A stretch of 64,000 bases of DNA from an uncultured bacterium (GCA_903831595.1 CAIKXY010000004.1:7152-71151), one strand, 5' to 3'. Counted from the stretch's first letter, positions 29,371 through 39,095 are shown. The notes: generated by a model not told the origin, from the letters alone. Made by a program: numbers and translations.

Positions 29371-29401
29371 ATTTTTCCCCGAGGTGGAGCCTCGGGGAAG
29401 T
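29371..29401 (+). repeat. REP-like palindrome, direct copy 2
   Basis: 31/31 identical to 28954-28984. Confidence 0.9.
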
Positions 29402-29406
29402 AAAAT

Positions 29407-29437
29407 GGCGGGCGCTTCGCGCCCGCCTAATTTTTTT
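29407..29437. terminator. Terminator between the ncRNA unit and convergent dsbA-like gene
   Basis: GGCGGGCG-cttcg-CGCCCGCC followed by TAATTTTTTT. Confidence 0.8.
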
Positions 29438-29438
29438 A

Positions 29439-30224
29439 TTACTTATTCAATATCGTATCAAGTATTGTCTTTACCATCTCAAATGGCAACGCGCCACTCA
29501 ACACAACGTCTTTTTTATCAGAAGAAATTATTACATTCTGTCCCAAACCATTTTTTACAATATAATCAGTCAAAGTACTTTCTGCACTTCCCGACAAAGC
29601 GGCTTTCAAAACCAAAACACTGTAAGGTGTTCCTTGTGCTCCTGCTTTTATGCCATCTTGAAAATCAGCTTCAACAGCAGCTGCATATTTTCCACTAGAT
29701 AAACAAGTATTAAATTTCGTGACATCAACACCAACAGATTTTGCAAATTCAGGGAGTTTTGCTGGATCAAGCTGATTGTTTGAAGGTGTATTTGTATAAA
29801 TTGTATCAAGCATTTTCCAGAAAGCTGTTTGCCCGCCAAGTTCATTTACACATTCTGTTGCTTCAGCTTCTTTTCTTGTTTTTGGATGGATAGAATCAAG
29901 AGGGAAATGTCTGTAAACCCAAGCCACTGTGCCAGCCTTAATATATGATTCTTTTACTGAATTCATTGTAGTTTGAAATACTTTACAATATGGGCATTCG
30001 GTATCGGAAAATTCTATAAGTGTAACCGGCGCATTTGGATTTCCAAGAAGATGATCGGTTGATGTTGCTGGACTTATAACAATGTCAGATGAATTATTTT
30101 GATTTGTATCAGCAACTGGTGCTGGAGAATTGCCTTTGTTTGATAAATATATACCTGCGGCCACGACAAACCCTGCCAAAATTATCGCTGCTGGAATTAC
30201 TAAATTATTTTTCTGCTCGTTCAT
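29439..30224 (-). CDS. DsbA-family thiol-disulfide oxidoreductase (BdbD-like)
   Basis: N-terminal TM, EFSD.ECPYC, YRHFPL, GTP cis-Pro loop. Confidence 0.9.
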   Translation of the reverse strand: MNEQKNNLVIPAAIILAGFVVAAGIYLSNKGNSPAPVADTNQNNSSDIVISPATSTDHLLGNPNAPVTLIEFSDTECPYCKVFQTTMNSVKESYIKAGTVAWVYRHFPLDSIHPKTRKEAEATECVNELGGQTAFWKMLDTIYTNTPSNNQLDPAKLPEFAKSVGVDVTKFNTCLSSGKYAAAVEADFQDGIKAGAQGTPYSVLVLKAALSGSAESTLTDYIVKNGLGQNVIISSDKKDVVLSGALPFEMVKTILDTILNK

Positions 30225-30292
30225 TTTATTTTATTTTGTTAATTATTAAAATTGTGCGATAATTATATCATATAAATTAATAAATAATAAAG

Positions 30293-31096
30293 ATGTCAAT
30301 TTTTAGTTCAATAATATTGGGGATTATACAAGGTGGAGCAGAATTTTTACCAATTTCTTCCTCAGGACATTTGATAATTGCTCGTGATATTTTTGGGTGG
30401 CATGGAAGTACAGACTTAGCTTTTGATGCAGTTTTGCAACTCGCAACAGTCATCGCTCTTATAGTTTATTTTCATAAAGATATTTGGAATATATTGAAAG
30501 CTTTTTTTGCAATGATACAAGGAAAGTTTGTTGAACAGAAAGAGAAAGTAATGATTTGGGCTATTATTATAGGCACAGTACCAGCAGTCATAGCCGGATT
30601 GGTTTTACAAAAATATATGGAAACAACTTTCCGCAGTGCAGTGCTTGTCTGTATAATTTTACTTATTGGAAGTGGGGTAATGTTTTTTGCAGAAAAGTTC
30701 GCTAGCAAAAATAAAGAACTAACAATCAAAAAGGGATTCTGGGTTGGAGTATTTCAATGTCTTGCGCTTGTTCCTGGATTTTCTCGTTCGGGTGCAACAA
30801 TTTCTGGAGGACTTATATTTGGACTTACTCGGGAAGAGGCAACAAGATTTAGTTTTTTACTTTCTGTCCCAATTCTATTAGGTTCAAGTCTTAAAGAATT
30901 GGTAAGTATTATTCGTTCTGGTGCCTTTGCGACAAACTCAATCAATTTATTATTTGGAACAATAGTAGCTTTTATTGTCGGACTTTTAGCAATCAAGTTT
31001 ATGATAAAATTTTTAAAAAATAATTCTTTAAATATTTTTATTTACTATCGTGTAATATTGGCAGTTGTAGTTTTGGGGATAATATTTTTTAAATAA
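30293..31096 (+). CDS. uppP: Undecaprenyl-diphosphate phosphatase
   Basis: QG..EFLPISSSGHL, PGFSRSGATI, FSFLL. Confidence 0.95.
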   Translation: MSIFSSIILGIIQGGAEFLPISSSGHLIIARDIFGWHGSTDLAFDAVLQLATVIALIVYFHKDIWNILKAFFAMIQGKFVEQKEKVMIWAIIIGTVPAVIAGLVLQKYMETTFRSAVLVCIILLIGSGVMFFAEKFASKNKELTIKKGFWVGVFQCLALVPGFSRSGATISGGLIFGLTREEATRFSFLLSVPILLGSSLKELVSIIRSGAFATNSINLLFGTIVAFIVGLLAIKFMIKFLKNNSLNIFIYYRVILAVVVLGIIFFK

Positions 31097-31232
31097 AAAT
31101 TAAATACACGGAGAGAGACCGCGAAGCGGTCGGTCTTTTGTATTACTTTATGACTTTTAACTTTTAAACTTTTGACTAAAAACAAAGGCTGCTACTTGCA
31201 AAATCTTTGTTTTTTGTGTAGTATATTGTCCT

Positions 31233-31550
31233 ATGGAATTTGCAGTAATAAAAACAGGAGGAAAGCAATATAAAGTAGCAAAAGGTGATTCTATCAAGAT
31301 AGAAAAGCTTTCAAATACAGCCAAAATTGGTGATAAAATAGCCTTTGAAGAGGTCCTTTTGGTAGATAATGGCAAAGACACAACTATTGGAACACCTTTT
31401 ATAAAAGGGGCAAAAGTTGAAGCTACTATTGAAGAAATAGGTAAGCTTCCAACCGTTACTGTCATCCACTACAAACAGAAAAGCAGATACTTCAAGAAAA
31501 ACGGACACAGACAACCATTCTTTAAAGTAAAAATAAATTCAATCAAGTAA
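31233..31550 (+). CDS. rplU: 50S ribosomal protein bL21
   Basis: AVIKTGGKQYKV..G, GHRQ. Confidence 0.97.
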   Translation: MEFAVIKTGGKQYKVAKGDSIKIEKLSNTAKIGDKIAFEEVLLVDNGKDTTIGTPFIKGAKVEATIEEIGKLPTVTVIHYKQKSRYFKKNGHRQPFFKVKINSIK

Positions 31551-31554
31551 TTTT

Positions 31555-31581
31555 AGAGTCGCGCCCTTCGGGCGCGACTCT
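31555..31581 (+). terminator. Intrinsic terminator with cUUCGg tetraloop
   Basis: AGAGTCGCGCC-CTTCG-GGCGCGACTCT followed by a T-rich tail. Confidence 0.8.
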
Positions 31582-31633
31582 TTATTTTAATTTAGCATTT
31601 CATTTATTAAATTTTTTTGTTAGAATAAGAGCC

Positions 31634-33304
31634 GTGGAAAATAAATCTAAAAAATCTCATAAATATATTTTCGTTATCGGAGGTGTGATGTCTGGTGTGG
31701 GGAAAGGTATCGCAACTTCTTCTATTGGTGCGATTTTGCAATCAAAAGGCTTCGCCGTAAATCTTCTAAAAGTTGATCCTTATTTAAACGTCGATGCTGG
31801 AACTATGAATCCGGTTGAACACGGAGAAGTGTTTGTTTTAGATTCAGGACTTGAGACCGACCAAGATATGGGCAACTATGAAAGGTTCCTAAATAGAAGC
31901 CTTACAGGAGATGATTATATTACCTCAGGTATGGTCTATAAACACGTTATAGAGGCCGAAAGGGCCCTAAAATACGGGGGAAAATGCGTAGAGGCAATTC
32001 CACACATAAGAGACGAGATCATCCATAGATTCCAAAAATCAGGCAGAGTAAATGAGTCTGATATTACAGTTGTTGAGATAGGGGGAACTGTTGGTGACTA
32101 TCAAAATATTATGTTTATTGAAGCTGCACGTGTTATGAAAGTTATGCATCCAAATGATGTTGCATTTGTGATGGTCAGCTATATGCCTGTCCCATCAAAG
32201 CTCGGAGAAATGAAATCTAAACCAACGCAAAATGCTATTCGCCAACTTTATTCTTATGGAGTAAACCCTGATGTAATTATTGCAAGAAGCGAGGTTCCAA
32301 TGGATCAAAAAAGAAGAGAAAAAATTGCTGTATCTTGTAGCTTGCCAGTAGAACAAGTTATTTCTGCACCAGATATTGAAAGTGTTTTTGATGTCCCATT
32401 AAATTTTGAAAAAGATAATATGGGCAAAATGTTGATGAAGCTTTTGCATTTGAGAAAAAAACAAAATGAAACTGGAATCCACGCTTGGGTAAATTTTGCA
32501 AATAAAGTTAAAAATACAAAAGACACAGTTGATATAGCTATTGTAGGAAAATATTTTAATACTGGAGATTTTGTGCTTACCGACGCTTATGTTTCAGTGC
32601 TTGAAGCAATTAAATATTCTTCATATGCTCAAGGCAAAAAAGCTGTGATCCACACTATAAATTCAAGAGATTATGAAGGCAAACACAAGAGCCATGCTGA
32701 TTTTAAGGCACTAGAAAAATTTGATGGAATAATTGTTCCCGGTGGCTTTGGAGAAAGTGGAATAGAAGGGAAGCTTTCTGTTATTGAATATGTTAGAGAA
32801 AATAAAATTCCATATTTTGGACTTTGTTATGGTATGCAACTTATGGTGATTGAATATGCGAGAAATGTTTTGGGTCTTAAAGATGCAAATACTGCTGAAA
32901 TAAATCCAAACTCAAAAAATCTTGTCATAGATATTATGCCTGACCAAAAGAAGAAGCTTGAAATGTGTGATTACGGTGGAAGCATGCGACTTGGTGCATA
33001 CGACGCAAATCTAGTAAAGGGAACTGTTGCACATTCTGCATACAGTAAAGATATTATTCAAGAAAGACATAGACATAGATATGAAGTAAATACAGAATAC
33101 ATAGAACAACTTACAGACGCAGGACTTGTCTTTTCTGGCAAATCTCCAAGCGGAGTTCTTATGGAAATTGCAGAACTTCCAAAGAAAGTTCACCCATTCT
33201 TTTTAGGAACACAATTTCACCCTGAATTTTTAGCAAGACCACTTGCTCCACATCCTTTGTTTACTGAATTTATCAAAGAGGCTATTAAGAGAAAAGAAAA
33301 ATAA
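31634..33304 (+). CDS. pyrG: CTP synthase
   Basis: GGVMSGVGKG, DPYLNVDAGTM, GLCYGMQ, ERHRHRYE, QFHPE. Confidence 0.98.
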   Translation: MENKSKKSHKYIFVIGGVMSGVGKGIATSSIGAILQSKGFAVNLLKVDPYLNVDAGTMNPVEHGEVFVLDSGLETDQDMGNYERFLNRSLTGDDYITSGMVYKHVIEAERALKYGGKCVEAIPHIRDEIIHRFQKSGRVNESDITVVEIGGTVGDYQNIMFIEAARVMKVMHPNDVAFVMVSYMPVPSKLGEMKSKPTQNAIRQLYSYGVNPDVIIARSEVPMDQKRREKIAVSCSLPVEQVISAPDIESVFDVPLNFEKDNMGKMLMKLLHLRKKQNETGIHAWVNFANKVKNTKDTVDIAIVGKYFNTGDFVLTDAYVSVLEAIKYSSYAQGKKAVIHTINSRDYEGKHKSHADFKALEKFDGIIVPGGFGESGIEGKLSVIEYVRENKIPYFGLCYGMQLMVIEYARNVLGLKDANTAEINPNSKNLVIDIMPDQKKKLEMCDYGGSMRLGAYDANLVKGTVAHSAYSKDIIQERHRHRYEVNTEYIEQLTDAGLVFSGKSPSGVLMEIAELPKKVHPFFLGTQFHPEFLARPLAPHPLFTEFIKEAIKRKEK

Positions 33305-33402
33305 TAAATCGTTTGACTTATTTTTTATTGCTGGTAAAGTATTCTACCAGGTGTACAAAAAACTAACTTTATTGTTAGTTATTTCTGTTTAAGGGGGCTA
33401 AA

Positions 33403-33588
33403 ATGGCAAAGACAAAGAAAAGAAGAGCGAAAAGGCAGTTTTTCAAGTACAGAAGAAAGCCAAAACTGATATTGATAGAAAAGCAGGAAAAGGAAAAAAT
33501 CGCGATAGAAGAGAAAGAAGGGAGAGAGCTACTTGAGAGGTTTACGGCCCAATGTCAAAAAGCGTGGCCTCCATATGCAAAGATCTAA
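33403..33588 (+). CDS. Small basic hypothetical protein (61 aa)
   Basis: Promoter-like TTGACT..TAAAGT upstream, SD-like AAGGGGG, strong hairpin ACCTCGAGGTA/TACCTCGAGGT after the stop. Confidence 0.5.
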   Translation: MAKTKKRRAKRQFFKYRRKPKLILIEKQEKEKIAIEEKEGRELLERFTAQCQKAWPPYAKI

Positions 33589-33637
33589 AGATTCAATAAA
33601 AAAACCTCGAGGTAGCAATACCTCGAGGTTCTTTTTT

Positions 33638-33877
33638 TTATTTTAGTACCATCTTTAATATAGCAATCAGGCCAACAATAGCCCAAAGAATATTTACGAC
33701 TGCTACTTGATATGCTTTTTTATGAATAGATAAGGTTGCAAGTCCAATCCCTCCTGTAACATTTAATATTTGATACCAAATATTGGTTGGAGACAAGACA
33801 GAAAAAATTGCGAGCGAATACGTAAGTAAAATTGCAATTGTTCCATACCAACCAAAAAATTCAATAAATTTTTTCAT
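33638..33877 (-). CDS. Small 3-TM membrane protein (CBU_0592-like)
   Basis: GW.G...IL..Y, YQ.LN..G, N..W..VG; start moved to MKKFIEFF. Confidence 0.7.
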   Translation of the reverse strand: MKKFIEFFGWYGTIAILLTYSLAIFSVLSPTNIWYQILNVTGGIGLATLSIHKKAYQVAVVNILWAIVGLIAILKMVLK

Positions 33878-33881
33878 AATT

Positions 33882-34499
33882 TTATTTTCTATTTTGAAAT
33901 GCGTTTTTAATAGTTTCTGGGTCTGAATATTCAAGCTCTGTACCCGTAGAAAGACCTCGACCGAGCTCTGAGATTTTTATTGAATATTTGCTCATTAAAG
34001 AAGATAGGGAAGTTTTTAAAATATTTGCTGTATATTCTCCCTCAGAATTGGCATCGAGACCAAGAATAATTTCTTTTAGGCCTTTTTCTGACATTCTGCT
34101 AACCAAAGCGAGAAGCTCTTTTAAACGAATTTTTTGCTCTGGGTTTTTATCAAGAATCGGCACAAGGCCACCAAGTACAAAGTATTTTCCAAAAAATGGA
34201 TGACTTCGCTCAACATTTTCCAAATCAACATCTCGGCTAACAATCATGAGAATGCTTTCATCTCTTTTTTTATCAGAACATATATCACATAAATTTTGAT
34301 TTTCGTGTTTAGAAAAATAATACCTTTTGCAATCAAAGCATGAGGAAACATTTTTTCTTAGTTCAACAATTTCATTTTTTAATTCATCAATATAGCCAAT
34401 ATTTTTGTTAATCAAAAAATATACAAACCTTCTGGCTTGTTTTGGCCCAATTCCTGGAAATTCAGAAAATATTTTAATTAGTTTATCAATACTATCCAT
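33882..34499 (-). CDS. recR: Recombination mediator RecR
   Basis: PGIG.K.A.R HhH, C4 Zn finger, YFVLGG, GRGLS.G.ELEY.D; start at MDSIDKL. Confidence 0.95.
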   Translation of the reverse strand: MDSIDKLIKIFSEFPGIGPKQARRFVYFLINKNIGYIDELKNEIVELRKNVSSCFDCKRYYFSKHENQNLCDICSDKKRDESILMIVSRDVDLENVERSHPFFGKYFVLGGLVPILDKNPEQKIRLKELLALVSRMSEKGLKEIILGLDANSEGEYTANILKTSLSSLMSKYSIKISELGRGLSTGTELEYSDPETIKNAFQNRK

Positions 34500-34503
34500 T
34501 TTT

Positions 34504-35886
34504 TTAGAAGACCCCTTCAGGATTATTAAATTCTCCAAATTGTGCAGAATTGTCTATTGAAAGGAATGATGATTTGTCTTTATCAAAGAATAGTTTAACG
34601 ACACCTGTTGGACCGTTTCTGTGCTTTTCAATCAATATTTCAGCCTCTTGTTTTTTACCGCCACCTTCTTCATTTGCATCGCGGTGGATAAACAAAACAA
34701 CATCGGCATCTTGTTCAATTGAACCAGAATCTCTCAAGTCTGAAAGTCTTGGTTTTCCACCTCTTTGCTCAACCGCACGAGAAAGCTGTGAAAGAGCAAG
34801 GACAGGGACATCAAACTCTTTTGCAAGTTGTTTTAAAGAATGAGAAATTTCCGTAATCTGTTGGACCATATTATCTCCACCCCTTGTATGAATTGGCGTC
34901 ATGAGTTGTAAATAGTCTACAATTATAAGACCGAGTTTCTTTTCGTGTTTTAATCTGCGAACAATTGCACGAATTTTTAAAATATTATTTCCAGCTTGAT
35001 CATCAATAAATAGTGGTGCTTTTGAAAGGGGATCGAGCGCTGCAGAAATCCTTCCAAACTCTTCTTCAAGCTTTAGATTTCCAGTTCTTAATTCCCAAGC
35101 ACTAACTTTTGATTCAGCAGAAAGCATTCTATCTACAAGCTGATGTGCACTCATTTCAAGAGAAAATATTACGGTTGGGATACCATGTCTAATAGCTGCA
35201 TTTCTTGCAATGTCTAAGGCTAGAGAAGTTTTTCCGATAGATGGTCTTGCGGCAAGAATAATCAGGTCAGAGTTTTGAAGCCCAGAAAGTTTTGTGTCTA
35301 AATCTCTAAAGCCCGTTGGTACACCACGAAGAACACCTTTTGATTTGTGAATCCTATCAAGTCTTTCCATCGCTTCACCAAGGACATCTTTCATTTCAAA
35401 ATATTTACCTGAAATATTTTTTGTTGTAACCTCATATATTCTCTTTTCAGCTTTATCTAAAAGCTCGGCAATTTCAGTTTCTTCATCATAACCAATTTTT
35501 GCAATATGCTCAGCAGCTTCAATAAGCTTTCTCATTGTATGTTTTTTGGAAACAATTTCTGCGTAGTGTTCAACATTTGATGCGGAAGGAACTGAATTTA
35601 CAATTTCTGTAAGATAGCTCATCCCACCAATCCTATCTAAATCTACTGATTCTTTTAATTTTGAGGATAATGTAAGAATATCTATTGGTTCTCTTTTTTC
35701 ATAAAGTCTGAGCATCGCATCAAAAATCGTTCTATGTTTGTCTGCATAAAAAGCATCTGGTCGAAGGATATCCATCACTTCTACTATAACTTCAGGACGC
35801 AATAATATTGAGCCCAAAAGTGCCTGCTCTGATTCAACATTTTGTGGAGGGATTCTTATATTAATTTTTCTGTGTTCTGTTGTCAT
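34504..35886 (-). CDS. dnaB: Replicative DNA helicase
   Basis: AARPSIGKT, FSLEM, VDYLQL, LSQLSR, DLRDSGSIEQDAD, KHRNGP; no intein. Confidence 0.98.
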   Translation of the reverse strand: MTTEHRKINIRIPPQNVESEQALLGSILLRPEVIVEVMDILRPDAFYADKHRTIFDAMLRLYEKREPIDILTLSSKLKESVDLDRIGGMSYLTEIVNSVPSASNVEHYAEIVSKKHTMRKLIEAAEHIAKIGYDEETEIAELLDKAEKRIYEVTTKNISGKYFEMKDVLGEAMERLDRIHKSKGVLRGVPTGFRDLDTKLSGLQNSDLIILAARPSIGKTSLALDIARNAAIRHGIPTVIFSLEMSAHQLVDRMLSAESKVSAWELRTGNLKLEEEFGRISAALDPLSKAPLFIDDQAGNNILKIRAIVRRLKHEKKLGLIIVDYLQLMTPIHTRGGDNMVQQITEISHSLKQLAKEFDVPVLALSQLSRAVEQRGGKPRLSDLRDSGSIEQDADVVLFIHRDANEEGGGKKQEAEILIEKHRNGPTGVVKLFFDKDKSSFLSIDNSAQFGEFNNPEGVF

Positions 35887-36055
35887 TGATTTATTTTATA
35901 TACTCATATTATCACGTGCAGTAAAATAACTGCAATAGAAAAACACTGAATAATATGTTGTTAATTTGTGGAGAAAAAAGAAGGGTTTCTGCAAAGCAGA
36001 AACCCTTCAATTCACATTTGTACATCTTGACTTGTAGCCAACTTTTTAATCTAAA

Positions 36056-36970
36056 TTAAATCCACTTTTTTAATTTTGCAAATATAAATAATGATAATGA
36101 AACAACTATTTCAATGCCTATGACAACAAACCACGTGTAATGAAATTGTGAAAATGGTATATGTTCAATATTCATCTGAAAATAACCGGTAATAATTGAG
36201 AATGGTATTGTGATAAACGCAAAAACAGTAAGAACCTTCATTGTTTCGTTTTGTTTTGCAGAAAGAAGAGAATCATTTGTACTTCTAAGCTCGCGCAAAA
36301 AATCAATGCTATTTTTCAAAACCTTTATGATTCGATGGTATTCATTTAATATTTTTGCAAAATTTTCTGTAAAATTTTTATCAAATAATTTACCTCCGGA
36401 AGAAATAAGTGAACTTATTACCTCATGCGTAAGAATTATATTATTAAAATTAATTAAATCTTTATTAACATGAGAGATCTCCGTTACCATTTCTTTCTCC
36501 ATTCCTTTAAAAATATTCCTCTCTATCTCTTTCAAAATATCGTTTATACTATCAACCTCATCAGACATTGCCTTGTAAAGTTCTTTTACAAGGTAATATA
36601 GGACGTATCCAGCATCATCTTTCATTAACCCATTTTGAAGTATATTGTTCATTTCGAAAGTCTTAGCAAATCTTTCAAGTGCATCAATGTGTTCATACCT
36701 TGTAGTAATAATAAAATCCCTTCCAACAATAAAATCAATTTCCTGCTCAGAAGAATTATGTGAGTGTGTATGGCGTATACTTGGGAAGTGTAAGACCATA
36801 TAAAGATAATCTTTCGACAAAAGGACTTTTTCTTTATAAGTTGGAAGTTGAAGTTCGCGAGCTACATCTGGATTGATATCATATTGCTCCATCAAATCGT
36901 GTATTTCTTCTGGCGTTGGGTTTTCAGCGTCAATCCATGTTATTGAATTATTTGTATATTTTTTGAGCAT
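36056..36970 (-). CDS. corA: CorA-family divalent cation transporter (QMN in place of GMN)
   Basis: WID.ENPT.EE, NE.MKVLT, two C-terminal TM helices. Confidence 0.85.
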   Translation of the reverse strand: MLKKYTNNSITWIDAENPTPEEIHDLMEQYDINPDVARELQLPTYKEKVLLSKDYLYMVLHFPSIRHTHSHNSSEQEIDFIVGRDFIITTRYEHIDALERFAKTFEMNNILQNGLMKDDAGYVLYYLVKELYKAMSDEVDSINDILKEIERNIFKGMEKEMVTEISHVNKDLINFNNIILTHEVISSLISSGGKLFDKNFTENFAKILNEYHRIIKVLKNSIDFLRELRSTNDSLLSAKQNETMKVLTVFAFITIPFSIITGYFQMNIEHIPFSQFHYTWFVVIGIEIVVSLSLFIFAKLKKWI

Positions 36971-37080
36971 TTTATTATAATAATTATTAAACTTACATAT
37001 ATATTATATATCGTATGGCAAAGTATAACAATAGCTATTATGTTGGACATAAACAATATTTTTTGAGATAATACGTTGAC

Positions 37081-38319
37081 ATGAATAATAATATTTATAG
37101 ATATAAATTAGTATTAATTATTTTAATTCTAATAGCAGTTTCATTCGAAATTGGCATATATTTTGGTAAATCAACGAAATATAATGGTAATTTAAATAAT
37201 ATTATTTTAAATGGCACAACCTCAACACAGTATATCTCAACTTCTACAGCAAATATGGATGCTTTTTGGGAAACTTGGAATATTTTAAGTAATAAATTTG
37301 TCTATACGCATAAGGATGCTAAAAAAATAACAGACCAAGACAAAATTTGGGGAGCAATTCAAGGATTGACGGCGGTTTATGGAGATCCATACACAGTATT
37401 TATGCCTCCAGAAGAAAGTAAAGCGTTTGCTGGAGACATAAGTGGAAATTTTGAGGGCGTAGGAATGGAATTAGCCATAAAGGAAAAAAACATTGTTGTT
37501 GTTGCGCCGTTAAAAGGAACGCCGGCTTATAATGCTGGTGTACAAAAAGGTGATGTTATTCTTTCAATTGACGGGAAAAAAACAGATGGGATGAACGTAG
37601 ATGAGGCGGTAAAACTTATTCGTGGAAAAGCCGGTACAATTGTTACTATTAAATTTGCTAGAGTAGGAAAGACTGAACCAATTGAAATAAAAATTACTCG
37701 AGGTATCATTGACGTTCCAACAGCAGACACAGAAATAAAAGGGGATATATTTGTAATTAAACTATACAATTTTTATGCACCGTCAGCTGACAAGTTTAGA
37801 TTGGCACTTCGTGATTTTATTGCATCAGGAAAAACAAAATTAATTCTTGACCTTCGAGGAAACCCTGGTGGTTACTTAGAATCAGCCGTAGATATGGCAA
37901 GCTGGTTTCTCCCTTTGGGCAAAACAGTTGTAAAAGAAAATTTTGGTCCAAACATTGAAGAACAAATATATAGAAGCAAAGGTTATGATGTTTTTAATAG
38001 CAATTTACAAATGATCATTCTTGCTGATAGTGGTTCAGCATCAGCGTCTGAAATTTTAGCTGGAGCACTTCAAGAACACAAAATTGCAAAACTCGTTGGT
38101 ACAAAAACTTTTGGAAAAGGTTCTGTACAAGAATTGATCAACATAACACCAGATACTTCATTAAAAGTAACAGTTGCAAGATGGCTTACGCCAAATGGAA
38201 TATCTATATCAGATGGAGGTTTAACTCCTGACTATGAAGTAAATATGACAGCAGATGATCTAAAAGCAAATAAAGATCCTCAGATGGACAAAGCGATAAA
38301 TTTATTAGATAACAAATAA
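37081..38319 (+). CDS. S41 C-terminal processing peptidase (PDZ)
   Basis: [28 protein letters not shown]. Confidence 0.93.
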   Translation: MNNNIYRYKLVLIILILIAVSFEIGIYFGKSTKYNGNLNNIILNGTTSTQYISTSTANMDAFWETWNILSNKFVYTHKDAKKITDQDKIWGAIQGLTAVYGDPYTVFMPPEESKAFAGDISGNFEGVGMELAIKEKNIVVVAPLKGTPAYNAGVQKGDVILSIDGKKTDGMNVDEAVKLIRGKAGTIVTIKFARVGKTEPIEIKITRGIIDVPTADTEIKGDIFVIKLYNFYAPSADKFRLALRDFIASGKTKLILDLRGNPGGYLESAVDMASWFLPLGKTVVKENFGPNIEEQIYRSKGYDVFNSNLQMIILADSGSASASEILAGALQEHKIAKLVGTKTFGKGSVQELINITPDTSLKVTVARWLTPNGISISDGGLTPDYEVNMTADDLKANKDPQMDKAINLLDNK

Positions 38320-38323
38320 TATA

Positions 38324-38770
38324 ATGAAGATTATACTTATCAAAGATGTCAAAAAAATTGGGAAAAAATATGAAATAAAGGAAGTCGCAGATGGCTACGC
38401 GCTGAACGCCCTTATCCCTTATGGACTTGCAGTACCTGCAACACAAAATTATTTAAAAGGAATCGAGGAAAGAAAGAAAAGAGATGCAATTTTAAAAGAA
38501 GATTTCAAAAAAGCTTTTGAATATGCAGTTAGTAAACTTCCAGACGGCAAGCTTCACATAAGTGGAAAAGTAAATGAAAAAGGACACCTTTTTGCTGGTA
38601 TTCATGAAGGGCAAGTAATTGATGAATTTAAGAAAGAAACTGGAGTTATTCTTTCTCCAGAACATTTTGATCTAGAAAAACCAATCAAAGAGGTTGGAGA
38701 ACATCCAATTGAGTTAAAAGTTGAAGGTCAAGTCTACAAACTAAATATTGTAATAAAAGCAGGGAAGTAA
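38324..38770 (+). CDS. rplI: 50S ribosomal protein bL9
   Basis: [11 protein letters not shown]...EV.DGYA.N.LIP, G.LF.GI, PIK.VG.H. Confidence 0.93.
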   Translation: MKIILIKDVKKIGKKYEIKEVADGYALNALIPYGLAVPATQNYLKGIEERKKRDAILKEDFKKAFEYAVSKLPDGKLHISGKVNEKGHLFAGIHEGQVIDEFKKETGVILSPEHFDLEKPIKEVGEHPIELKVEGQVYKLNIVIKAGK

Positions 38771-38772
38771 GT

Positions 38773-38825
38773 TAATAAAATACAAAAAGGCGGCGCCGTT
38801 GGCGCCGCCTTTTTGTATTTTATTA
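38773..38825. terminator. Bidirectional terminator (25-bp perfect inverted repeat) between convergent rplI and rpmA
   Basis: TAATAAAATACAAAAAGGCGGCGCC-gtt-GGCGCCGCCTTTTTGTATTTTATTA. Confidence 0.85.
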
Positions 38826-39095
38826 TAAAACGTGAACTATATTTCTTCTTGTAACCGTTGAGTCAAAATTATTTTTTCTTTTTGTTCCGTATTCAACAAC
38901 TCCATCTTTTAGTGCAAAAAGTGTATGGTCTTTACCAACACCAACATTCTTACCAGCGAGAGTGTCTCTGCCTTTTTGTCTTAAAATTATTTGTCCAACT
39001 TTTGTTTTTTCTCCAGAGTTAATTTTAACACCAAGGTATCTTGGATTGGAGTCTCTTCCGTTTTTGGACGAACCTGCTGCTTTTTTATGTGCCAT
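38823..39095 (-). CDS. rpmA: 50S ribosomal protein bL27
   Basis: [29 protein letters not shown]. Confidence 0.98.
   Translation of the reverse strand: MAHKKAAGSSKNGRDSNPRYLGVKINSGEKTKVGQIILRQKGRDTLAGKNVGVGKDHTLFALKDGVVEYGTKRKNNFDSTVTRRNIVHVL

Noticed and set aside
35965-35975. DnaA-box-like TGTGGAGAA upstream of dnaB (also TGTGGATAG at ~16915)
   Set aside because: Isolated imperfect matches with no cluster and no dnaA nearby; insufficient to call oriC or DnaA regulation
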